A DNA stretch of 64,000 nt from the NCBI GenBank assembly GCA_000091205.1, contig AP006499.2; one strand, given 5' to 3'. The notes below the pieces were generated by a model, which made no database searches, was not told where the DNA came from, and saw only the letters and a list, made by a program, of their open reading frames with translations. This DNA comes from Cyanidioschyzon merolae. Lineage: Eukaryota. The position numbers and the translations under genes are program-made. Shown piece after piece: positions 10,254-20,155 of this stretch (position 1 is its first letter; each line of letters opens with the position of its first letter).

Positions 10254-12872
10254 TTATGGAAACTCATAGGCGACTTCCAAAAGAGCAAAATCACATCCCG
10301 GTGCCGCGCGATACAGAGCCAGCAGGCAAGCCATTGGTTTGTTACGAATAGCGGCGAGTCCCTTCTCACGTAGCGAGCCGCGCAAGCTTGCGCCGAAGCG
10401 ACCCAGAAATGCTGTGCGTTTGTTGTAAGTTTTGGCGATCCCTGACCCGAAAACAGTTCTTCCAGGGGTGATGACGACAGGGATCCAGCTATTGTTGTCA
10501 TTCAGAGCGCGAAGGTGCCCAATGTGAATCTCATCGAAGTAAACAGTAGCGAATGAGGATCCTGCTAGCCCTAAAGCCTTCGCTTCCTCGAGCTGAGCCT
10601 TCTCAGGTTTTGAGGTGGATCTGAAGCACGAAAGATATCCGTATACCAGAACCTCTCGTCTTTCTCGTAGAAAGATTTCCGACTGGACTGCTCTAAGTCG
10701 CTCAAACTCAATGCAAAGGTTTTCAATTTTCTCCTGGCCTCCATACAGTGCTGCTAATTGCTCTAGCGTGTCAGTGTATCGAAAGGTGCTATGCTGGATC
10801 CTTCCAAGTGCGAATGTTTGACGTATCTTGACAGATTTTTTCCCCTCCGAGGATTGAATCCATCGAGCTAATGCCAGTATACGACGAACAAGACGATCCT
10901 GCAGAATTACTTTCGGAATATTTTCAGGGAGGCTCGTGCCCTCCGTTCTTTTTTGCTGTTCTCTTACTCCATCTAGCAGGTACATTGAGGTCCATCGGGT
11001 CGAATGTACCTCCATGATGCTGACACCATCAAAAGGAGCATTGTACAGCTCTCGCTTTTCGAGGGATGTTAGCAGGATTGCCGCACCTGGAACGCAGATA
11101 GCATCAAATGCATCGCGTTGGGAGGTTTCATAAAGGCGAATGCAGACGTCTCGCGCTTCGGATCCATCGCGCGCCAAAATGATTCTATATTTCCTAAAAA
11201 TGTAGTAGTCATCTGATGCACTCAGTATTTGCGGTGCACTCGTCCGTTCTGCAGACCTGTACGTCCCGCGCTCTCGATACAGAGGTGACACATGTGTCAC
11301 AATGCATGCTAGAGAGAAATACGAGCGGTCGTCCCATGCATCCAGAGCGCTGGTAAGAATGCAGGGGTGGTAGAGTTCACCCGTTCGACCACCGCCAAGC
11401 TTTGCAATAGGTCCGAAATCAAGTAACTCCTCATAATTATCTGAAAGCTTCCGAATAATGCCCTGGGGCGATGATGCATTCAGGTGAATCTCGCCTCTGC
11501 GTACACGGTAATTCTCTATGATAAGGATGTCACCGAGTTGAATGTGATAAAAATATTTGGAACAAAGCGAATTCCACACGACAACAGTAGCAGAATCCGC
11601 ACCGTCACCTATCTCAAATTCGAATTTGAATGGCACTGACTGCCGCATGTCACTCTTTTTCGGCCATGGCATTAGGGACGTCTTTCTGAGGACGCGCCCG
11701 ATGATTGGTCGCTTCACGTCTCCCATCAGCGCCCTGGCGATGCGCACCGCTGCACTAGTGACTGATTTAATCGAAGCTGGGTCTTCGACACGCTCTACGT
11801 TGCTAGGGTCTCGCAATCTGGAATCGACAGGTAAGGCATCAAACGCTCCAGGACCAAGATAACTCTTTCTCGACGATGCCAAAGGGACATTTGCAGCAGT
11901 CTCAAGCGGGGTGGATGACGTTGTCCAAGCGCATGTCAGGGGAACGTCTATCCAAAAATCCTCGTGGGGTCGACGTAGTACGAGACAGTCATACACAACG
12001 ATTACTCGAGGCGGGTAGAGTCCGCGCAATTCGTTGAAACGAACTGACCATTTTCTTATTTCTAAAATGCTCCCTCGATCTAGGTCACCGGACTGGACGA
12101 TTGAATTCAAATGTGGGTGTAGGCAAAAGCGTGTTTTCGTCTGCTCAACCGGATTGCAGACGGTAATGTCATACGCATCTGCATCCATCTCAGGGATTTC
12201 ATCTTTTGTGCCGTTGACCGTAAACCAATAGGCTTGATCCCGGATATAATGCCGGACGCATAGAACTAGGAACACGATTGAACCGCGGCATTCTTCCCCA
12301 GGAGCACACTCGTGGAGCTTTTCCGTGCCAGCAGTCGTGAATATTTGGTCTCGTTCCTTTGGCTCTGAAGAGCCGCTCTGAACCAGGCTTGAAGAGGCTG
12401 AAACCTGACCTGTGTTGGACTTTGCAAGCTTTTGATTTGCGACTTTTAACGTGCCCTCCCTCGGCCGCTTGCGCTGGTTTCCACGGTTTCCAGTCTGTCG
12501 CTTGCTGCGTGAGTCCCGCGAGTCAGACCCTTCGACCTGTACTGTACGATTCTCTACAGCCTTCTGCAGCGGCTTTGCTCGACTCTTTTGCAGCTCTTCG
12601 TCTTGCCTCCTTTGGAAAATAGGTTTCACATAGTCATCAGCCTTGGTGTCGCCGAAGCGTCCACTTTTACGAGGCATTAACCGTTCTGTACGAGAACGTT
12701 TGTTGTTTTCTCGGATACACTCGCAATCAGAAATTTGCGCCACATTCAAATTGGGCGCGTGCTGGACAGATGGTGCATCATAAGCACAGGATGTATCCAG
12801 CTGCGCGCAGCTTCCGCCTATATCAGTCAAAGATAGAATAGACCCCGTGAGGAAAGTCGGACGTACTCGCAC
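10254..12872 (-). CDS. Hypothetical nuclear protein (872 aa): basic low-complexity N-terminus, central OB-fold-like segment
   Basis: Long uninterrupted ORF. The K/R-rich region is at aa 55-160. 'FKFEFEIGDGADSATVVVWNSLCSKYFYHIQLGDILIIENYRVRRGE' is OB-fold-like. No family was recognised. The first ~23 codons lie inside repeat DR-A, so the true start is probably a downstream Met. Confidence 0.5.
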   Translation of the reverse strand: MRVRPTFLTGSILSLTDIGGSCAQLDTSCAYDAPSVQHAPNLNVAQISDCECIRENNKRSRTERLMPRKSGRFGDTKADDYVKPIFQRRQDEELQKSRAKPLQKAVENRTVQVEGSDSRDSRSKRQTGNRGNQRKRPREGTLKVANQKLAKSNTGQVSASSSLVQSGSSEPKERDQIFTTAGTEKLHECAPGEECRGSIVFLVLCVRHYIRDQAYWFTVNGTKDEIPEMDADAYDITVCNPVEQTKTRFCLHPHLNSIVQSGDLDRGSILEIRKWSVRFNELRGLYPPRVIVVYDCLVLRRPHEDFWIDVPLTCAWTTSSTPLETAANVPLASSRKSYLGPGAFDALPVDSRLRDPSNVERVEDPASIKSVTSAAVRIARALMGDVKRPIIGRVLRKTSLMPWPKKSDMRQSVPFKFEFEIGDGADSATVVVWNSLCSKYFYHIQLGDILIIENYRVRRGEIHLNASSPQGIIRKLSDNYEELLDFGPIAKLGGGRTGELYHPCILTSALDAWDDRSYFSLACIVTHVSPLYRERGTYRSAERTSAPQILSASDDYYIFRKYRIILARDGSEARDVCIRLYETSQRDAFDAICVPGAAILLTSLEKRELYNAPFDGVSIMEVHSTRWTSMYLLDGVREQQKRTEGTSLPENIPKVILQDRLVRRILALARWIQSSEGKKSVKIRQTFALGRIQHSTFRYTDTLEQLAALYGGQEKIENLCIEFERLRAVQSEIFLRERREVLVYGYLSCFRSTSKPEKAQLEEAKALGLAGSSFATVYFDEIHIGHLRALNDNNSWIPVVITPGRTVFGSGIAKTYNKRTAFLGRFGASLRGSLREKGLAAIRNKPMACLLALYRAAPGCDFALLEVAYEFP

Positions 12873-15621
12873 TATATTCTGGACCTATTTTGCACGACCA
12901 TCAGCACAAGTCATTGCAGTTTGCACCGCGACCGCTTCCTTCTCCTTTCCCGTATCTCCGACTTTCAATACGCTGGCGTCTCCTAGCCCTCCAGCTTCGA
13001 TGTCAGCAGGCGAAGGATGCCGATGGCTGCGTTCATTCGAACCCAGAGTTTCCTGCTTCCAGCCCTCATCGACGTACTTCATGCAAAGGCGGAAGTTGTG
13101 ATCTGCGCTTCTTTTAGCATTTTCATCCTTTTTGTCCACAACTCCGGTGCACCCTTCGCAGCGAGGACACTTGCCCGTTGTCCGGTGCCGCCATACGTCC
13201 ATCGCACGTCTTGCTCCGAGTGCCGCCCTGTGGCGCATGCCTGCTTGCAGTGTCGCTCGGTACACGCCCTCGACGGGTGCAGAGCGCTCCGCTCCATGCG
13301 CTCTTCAGTTTCTGTGCCCAGCGCCATACCCTGCGATCACAGGCTCGGGCTGGGCGATCCCCGCGGCAAGCACCCTCACTGCTGGGCGCGTAAACGCTCG
13401 CTGCTCGATTCGAGTACTCGGAATCCGCTCCCTCGCACGCTCTTCGTTTTTCGCGTACGCTTCCCATCGAAGCTGCCGACGAGCATCACGCGACTCGAGG
13501 TGCCGTGCCAGCTCATGAGTATTGTGCGCGCAGGTTCCATCCACTTGCGACGATGCGGGTCAGCCATCTGCGACTCCCTTCGTCTCCGGTCGCTCGCTCG
13601 CTCGCTTGCGTGTTCTTCTATCCCCATACTCGTTCGCTTCCGCTTCAGCGAAGATGGCAGGCGCGGGAGGAGAAGTCACGACTGTGGGCGTAACTCGGAC
13701 GTTTCCGATCCCGTGCCCCGGGACGGGGTGTCGGTTTCCACATGGGCGTCGGGCTTCGCCTCGGGTCTCACGGAGGCGCTGGTGCAACGCTTCGCTCTCC
13801 TTGGGCTCCTGCCGTTGCTAAGTGCACTGGATTGCAGGTTCACGAGGCCACGCATCTGTACAGCTTGCTGCTCATCGTCGCCGTGTTTCCTGTTCTGAGC
13901 AGGGGTGCGTTGGAGCTCTGATGGGGCCTTGAGGCATGTAGGGCGCTCACGACTGATAGCGGTGGATGCTGCCAGGCCATCGGTCTCGAACGAGGACACC
14001 ACGCCTCCTCGACTTTATGTGAGCGTTCTGTTTCTATCTGTTCCCTGCCTGTCGCATCTCTCTTTAGCGTCGTTCGCTTTTCGTTCCCCCAGCGGTTCAT
14101 GAGTGTCTCCGAAGTTTCGGGCGAAATTTGCGTAGTACGCTTCATGTACTCTATGCTGTCGATGGATACCTCCTCTTCTTCGATGTGCTCCTTGGCCTCC
14201 ATAGGACGTTTCCATGCCCTAATCCCTCGTGCGTGGGCGCCCACTTCGCAGCGAGGCGAAAAAGCCGCGAACCGGGGCGCGCGTACGAGCGACCTATAAA
14301 TGCGTTTACAGCAAGGCGAAAATCCATTCCATTCAGGGGCTCTGGAACAGTTCCCGAGGTGCAGAGGCTGTTTCACTCGCTCGGGTAGGCACTCGCAGGC
14401 TGCAGGTCTATAGTCTCCTCGACATGTTCGTCTTCCAGGATACTCAACGGAGGCTCACGCGCTCTGTATATCCGCCCAGCATATTCAAGTCGGCGAAGCG
14501 CCCGTCATGAAGAGCTCGTCCATGCCGTCCAGGCTGGTATCTGAGTCGTCATCCGCACGTATCCACGTCATCGAATCCTTCACGCGCCATGGGAATGAAT
14601 GCTGGCATGATCCAGGGTCGCGCGGCGTAGTTTTCCGCCCATATACACCTTTGAGTTATCCAGGCTGATTTGGGTCGCGAAGCGAATGCTGGCCTCGAAA
14701 TGCGCAACGTCGTTCGGCTATGGAGCCAAAGTGCCCGCGACGTCGATGAAAGCACAGTGCAGGTGAGGTGTGTCCCGACTACGCTTCGAGACAGTGACGG
14801 CATGAAAGGCCATCGATGCCAACGGTGCATCTACGAAGTTGTTCGGTTTCTCAGGGACCCCGATGCACTGGACGTACACGGTCCTAGGCAGGAGGTAAGC
14901 GCGCCACTGACGCATGCTGCAAAGAAGCGCATGTTTGCGGACGCGGAATCTGATATCCGGCGGGTGCGGGTGCATTTCGAAGTATCCCTTGCCGACAGTG
15001 GTGCCGTAGAATACCTCATACAAACAGCGAAGGAGGGAGTTTCCGAGATCGTATCCCGTGAGATGTAGCGCACTGCTTATTTGGGATGTGGTTTCGTTGA
15101 TGGTTGGAAAGCGAGAATATTTTGTGTTTCAAACGGAATCGATTATATGAGGTGAGGATTTGAACATACTTTCGGTATGAGCTCTTGAAGAAGTATTCGC
15201 ACGAAAACTTCCAACTTTTGCGTCGTCAACCGAGCGTAGCGGCCTGGTGCGCCCACGAGTAGCCTTGAAACATGGAGATCGGAAGCGTGCAGAATGCCTG
15301 ACTTGAGCGTGCAACGCGTAACTAAAGGAAAAGAGTTCAGGCTTCCTTGTACGAATTGCATCATGATATCGGCTATTTTAGGCAACGGTATGTGAGGATA
15401 TCTCGAATCACCTTGATGCTGGTGATGTAACGAATCCCTTCGGTGCAAAGTCGAGGGAGCCACTTTGAAGAGTCGACCGAGAATCCTAGAACGATGCATG
15501 AGTCCTGAGGCCCTCATTGCTGGACTATGAATACTCGGGTCCTGCATCTGAAAATGAGTTCGGGTGAAAAATCGAAATCGAGGAACACAGGCAGCAGCTC
15601 CGTGTTCTACTTCACTCCGAC
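12858..15621 (+). repeat. DR-A copy 1: 2.76-kb GC-rich non-coding direct repeat (full length)
   Basis: Collinear with 28111-30874 at a constant offset of 15253, with about 10 substitutions. Its 5' 1.34 kb is collinear with 18615-19951 at offset 5757, with no differences seen. There are no long or conserved ORFs. It contains (CTCG)n at ~13588. Confidence 0.9.
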
Positions 15622-15858
15622 CCGGGTGCCGACTCCGGCGATGCATCGCTGTGACGGCCAGCGGGCCCGCTGAGCTGCTTGCCCGGCGGCGGCAAACGGA
15701 CACGCTGTTGAGTGCACTCGGGGCACACGTTGATCTCGCGCCGGCGTCTATGCGACGCGTTTGAATAGGAACAAACAACAGCAATTTGCTCAACGAACAT
15801 AGTTCTGTGCCAAAGCTTTCCTGGGGAAGGCAGCTATCGAATATGCACAACTTTTAAT

Positions 15859-17118
15859 ATGCCGCAGTACGGAGCTCAAAATTGTTTTCTTCTGCGGGAG
15901 CTTTTCAACCATGTGGGGGATGGAGGATCCTTTTGGCAAAGACAAGCTCTCGTGCTGGTATTCGTGTGCCTCGCGGCGTTTTTGAATTCCATCACAGTCA
16001 TACTTCATTTCGTTGGCCAGAACTGGATGGCTCGTTGCTTGCAGTTCCATCTCGCAAAACAGGTTGTGAGGGCTCAGAGGAGGGCCGCGCAAGACAGAGC
16101 TTTTCGCTTAGGCAGCACGGTTGGACACACCGGCACCGGGGGCACACCTGAGTTTCTGTGCGCTTGCAAAGGCTGTAGGAAACTGAGCTCTGTGCTGAAC
16201 CCACAACAACGGCAAGCACTTGAGGCGAGCAGAGTTGTTAGAGTGAGGAAGCTTCTCGGTCAGCAAGGACTGCACGCTGAGGCCGCGAACAGCTCACAAT
16301 GGTGCTCTGACCTAACAATCATGCGCTATCTTGACTCGTACGGCTCTTGCCCTGCTCTCGCGGCGAAATATTTAGCCGCTACCATTAAGTGGAGGATCCA
16401 AAATTCTGTCCATGAGCTTACTGTCACTGAGTTTACTGAGGAGCTCAGAAAAGGTGTCGTTTCTTTCGGTGGGTTTGATTCGCAGTCACGACCGGTTTTC
16501 ATCGTCCGGTTCGTACCTGGTTTCAGCTTGAGACTTTTAATTTTCATGCTTGAAGTTGGTGAAAGCATCATTCGTAACTCTATGGAGCCTGATGTGCTGC
16601 GCAAGGATGCGCCAAGCGCATCAGCCACTCCAGGTGTCTGGCAAAGGATATACCGTTCAATGTTTCGGGGTATGAAACGGGTAGAATCTGACCGCAAGGT
16701 GCAAAATCGGGATCGATGGGTCTGGATCGTGGAATGGGGGAGCGTTCAGAGAGAATGCACCCGGGAAGCTTGCACGCAATGCACCCCTTCCGAAGACAGC
16801 CCTGTCCCTACAAAATACGCCGGCGGTGTCTCCGCATCGGAGCTTATAGGCGCCTTCCGAATATGTAATGAGCACTACCCGAACCGCTTGCATGCTGCAT
16901 ACGTCCTTGGAGCACCGGAACCTATCGTATCGCTGTTCAGAATCTTGGCAAAGAAGTCTACGAAGCGGAAGGTGCGATTTGTGCGACTAAGAGACGGATG
17001 TGATAGGGGTTCGCTTAGCGAATACGGTCCAATATGGCGCCGGCCCTGGGCTGCTACGGATTTTATTCAGCTGATCAACTATATTGATGGATCACTTGCC
17101 GTACAGAAGAGCAAATAA
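15859..17118 (+). CDS. CRAL-TRIO / Sec14-like lipid-transfer protein
   Basis: The CRAL-TRIO N-domain is 'SDLTIMRYLDSYGSCPALAAKYLAATIKWRIQNSVHELTVTEF'. The C-lobe 'AYVLGAPEPIVSLFRILAKKSTKRKVRFV' resembles Sec14 'FIINAPWIFS...KIHVL'. The N-terminal ~100 aa are probably not coding. Confidence 0.55.
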   Translation: MPQYGAQNCFLLRELFNHVGDGGSFWQRQALVLVFVCLAAFLNSITVILHFVGQNWMARCLQFHLAKQVVRAQRRAAQDRAFRLGSTVGHTGTGGTPEFLCACKGCRKLSSVLNPQQRQALEASRVVRVRKLLGQQGLHAEAANSSQWCSDLTIMRYLDSYGSCPALAAKYLAATIKWRIQNSVHELTVTEFTEELRKGVVSFGGFDSQSRPVFIVRFVPGFSLRLLIFMLEVGESIIRNSMEPDVLRKDAPSASATPGVWQRIYRSMFRGMKRVESDRKVQNRDRWVWIVEWGSVQRECTREACTQCTPSEDSPVPTKYAGGVSASELIGAFRICNEHYPNRLHAAYVLGAPEPIVSLFRILAKKSTKRKVRFVRLRDGCDRGSLSEYGPIWRRPWAATDFIQLINYIDGSLAVQKSK

Positions 17119-17674
17119 GGCAGTCCATATACAATTTACAGCTCGAGTGCTTCGCCTAAGCATTCGATATCGCGAATTGATCAGAATTTCTTCTGTTAGT
17201 TATGATGCGGCGGTCGGCTTTGTGCGTGCAAAACCCAAACAATGGAACAATGGTGACTGTTTTCTACGCGTTGCAGCCATCCGTTCCCACGTGCGACTCG
17301 GTTTCAGGACCTTCGGATCAGTACCTGAGCTCGCCACTTATTCGAATACTTTTCATGCTATTGGACGAAGCAGATCACCTCCGCGAAAGTTGACACCGCA
17401 TGAGACTTATTTCGTGGACGCGATGTCCAGAAGGCATGCTTAAAGAGCGGCTTGGATGCCTTGACGAGGTGCAGTTCGCCATCTGGCATTTAGGAGAAAA
17501 TGGCCGTACGAGCAAGGGCAGCAGAATCTGCGAGCATTCTAAAGGAAGAATATATGAAGCATCATCTCGAAGATGGCATGGCAGAATTATCTCATCTTTT
17601 ACCACCGTCAAATACTATTCCCCAAGCTTCTAAAATCCTCCGAAGCGTACGTCTCTTACAGTCCCTTTGCCCCT

Positions 17675-18319
17675 TCACTGTAATGGTTGAAAGTTCGTTA
17701 TCTGCTCGAAAGGCATCTTCCCGTTCAAGAACTCACCATGGATGATGCCCGCAAAGCCGAGCATGGCAAGTCGCCCGTTATTCACTTCCCGATCCCGCAT
17801 GGCCTTGTCGTTCGGCAAGTTGAGGGGATTGAAGCCCAGCTCACCAGGCTTCCGCCCTTTCCATTCCATATCGGAATAGAGCACCTTGCCACGGTGGAGC
17901 AGGAACTCAAGAAACCCGATGAATGCTAAGATCTGAATCATGGCCCCAGACTTGACGAAATAGTCATGGGCTGGTCCAGCGAGTTTAGGAGCCCCCGCGA
18001 AGAACGGAAACTGGTAAAACTCGGTTACGAAGAAGTGCAGGCAAGCGAGCATTGCGACGCGCCCGTTCTTAATCTCGCCCTCTTGAAGCCAGTTAACGTC
18101 GAACGCATCAGAGAAGCGAAGCGGGTCAAAACCACGATATCCCGGCATATCAGGCGACAGGTTAGGCGGTTTCGAAAGGAACGGTAGCGCCGGCGACTGC
18201 TCCATTTTTAGAGTAGCATAACCCGAAGCATGTCTCGAACGGATAGCGCTGGTGCCAGTTGCCTTGGATACCGTATTGGCGCGCTGAACAAGTGGAGCGA
18301 AACTCACGAAAGCGTACAT
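17675..18319 (-). CDS. Light-harvesting complex protein, fucoxanthin-chlorophyll a/c (FCP/Lhc) family, last exon
   Basis: Helix 1 is 'EGEIKNGRVAMLACLHF'. Helix 3 is 'REVNNGRLAMLGFAGIIHGEF'. 'IAFIGFLE' is identical to diatom FCP. 'GFDPL' is present. The 'FVS|FAP' motif sits only 6 aa from the ORF Met. Confidence 0.85.
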   Translation of the reverse strand: MYAFVSFAPLVQRANTVSKATGTSAIRSRHASGYATLKMEQSPALPFLSKPPNLSPDMPGYRGFDPLRFSDAFDVNWLQEGEIKNGRVAMLACLHFFVTEFYQFPFFAGAPKLAGPAHDYFVKSGAMIQILAFIGFLEFLLHRGKVLYSDMEWKGRKPGELGFNPLNLPNDKAMRDREVNNGRLAMLGFAGIIHGEFLNGKMPFEQITNFQPLQ

Positions 18320-18614
18320 TATCCAACAGTTGCCTCTGTCGAGAAAGAACGATCACCACACAACCCGAGGGCTTCTAGCGAGAATCTCCGGGCATTTTAC
18401 AGCGCACATGGAGCTGTTGCCGATCGCGGGAGCTCTGCGCCTGCACGCCGCTGCTGTGAGCTCGACGCTCGAAAAGCGATCGTGCCTTCCGAGGCGTCGC
18501 GCGTCACCACAAAATCGGTGGGTGCGCTCGAGCCAGCAACCTCGCCGATGCTGCAGCGGGCGCGCAGCTTCCGCCTATATCAGTCAAAGATAGAATAGAC
18601 CCCGTGAGGAAAGT

Positions 18615-19951
18615 CGGACGTACTCGCACTATATTCTGGACCTATTTTGCACGACCATCAGCACAAGTCATTGCAGTTTGCACCGCGACCGCTTCCTTCT
18701 CCTTTCCCGTATCTCCGACTTTCAATACGCTGGCGTCTCCTAGCCCTCCAGCTTCGATGTCAGCAGGCGAAGGATGCCGATGGCTGCGTTCATTCGAACC
18801 CAGAGTTTCCTGCTTCCAGCCCTCATCGACGTACTTCATGCAAAGGCGGAAGTTGTGATCTGCGCTTCTTTTAGCATTTTCATCCTTTTTGTCCACAACT
18901 CCGGTGCACCCTTCGCAGCGAGGACACTTGCCCGTTGTCCGGTGCCGCCATACGTCCATCGCACGTCTTGCTCCGAGTGCCGCCCTGTGGCGCATGCCTG
19001 CTTGCAGTGTCGCTCGGTACACGCCCTCGACGGGTGCAGAGCGCTCCGCTCCATGCGCTCTTCAGTTTCTGTGCCCAGCGCCATACCCTGCGATCACAGG
19101 CTCGGGCTGGGCGATCCCCGCGGCAAGCACCCTCACTGCTGGGCGCGTAAACGCTCGCTGCTCGATTCGAGTACTCGGAATCCGCTCCCTCGCACGCTCT
19201 TCGTTTTTCGCGTACGCTTCCCATCGAAGCTGCCGACGAGCATCACGCGACTCGAGGTGCCGTGCCAGCTCATGAGTATTGTGCGCGCAGGTTCCATCCA
19301 CTTGCGACGATGCGGGTCAGCCATCTGCGACTCCCTTCGTCTCCGGTCGCTCGCTCGCTCGCTTGCGTGTTCTTCTATCCCCATACTCGTTCGCTTCCGC
19401 TTCAGCGAAGATGGCAGGCGCGGGAGGAGAAGTCACGACTGTGGGCGTAACTCGGACGTTTCCGATCCCGTGCCCCGGGACGGGGTGTCGGTTTCCACAT
19501 GGGCGTCGGGCTTCGCCTCGGGTCTCACGGAGGCGCTGGTGCAACGCTTCGCTCTCCTTGGGCTCCTGCCGTTGCTGAGTGCACTGGATTGCAGGTTCAC
19601 GAGGCCACGCATCTGTACAGCTTGCTGCTCATCGTCGCCGTGTTTCCTGTTCTGAGCAGGGGTGCGTTGGAGCTCTGATGGGGCCTTGAGGCATGTAGGG
19701 CGCTCACGACTGATAGCGGTGGATGCTGCCAGGCCATCGGTCTCGAACGAGGACACCACGCCTCCTCGACTTTATGTGAGCGTTCTGTTTCTATCTGTTC
19801 CCTGCCTGTCGCATCTCTCTTTAGCGTCGTTCGCTTTTCGTTCCCCCAGCGGTTCATGAGTGTCTCCGAAGTTTCGGGCGAAATTTGCGTAGTACGCTTC
19901 ATGTACTCTATGCTGTCGATGGATACCTCCTCTTCTTCGATGTGCTCCTTG
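18615..19951 (+). repeat. DR-A copy 2: 5' half-copy (1.34 kb), identical to copy 1
   Basis: All mirrored ORF peptides are identical to copy 1. An extra ~55 bp of upstream flank (18560-18614) also matches copy 1 (12803-12857) but not copy 3. The repeat ends abruptly at 19951, with 'ctccttg|ttctaacg' versus copy 1 'ctccttg|gcctcc'. Confidence 0.9.
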
Positions 19952-20155
19952 TTCTAACGCGGCCTCAAAACCTTTTTCTTGATCGCGGGACACCTACTTA
20001 GCTGGAACATTGTATGCAAAATCGCTCATGTTTGTTAATACAGAGACCCCGGAGGCACATTCACATGCACGTTCGGGCCCACATTCTCATTCGAAAAAAC
20101 TAACATACAAGTAAGTTCCACAATGCCAAATCTGGCGTGGTTTATGGCGGTACAA

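Noticed and set aside
13017-13898. 293-aa ORF (and many 60-180-aa ORFs in all six frames) inside DR-A, IR-C and IR-B
   Set aside because: Dense overlapping ORFs on both strands are expected in GC-rich DNA. The peptides are Arg/Ser/Cys/Pro-rich low-complexity with no recognisable motif. They are treated as non-coding.
12858-15621. rRNA or snRNA gene hidden in the 2.76-kb repeat
   Set aside because: No match by eye to conserved 18S/28S termini or to 5S, U1, U2 or U6 core sequences. This cannot be fully excluded without a covariance-model search.
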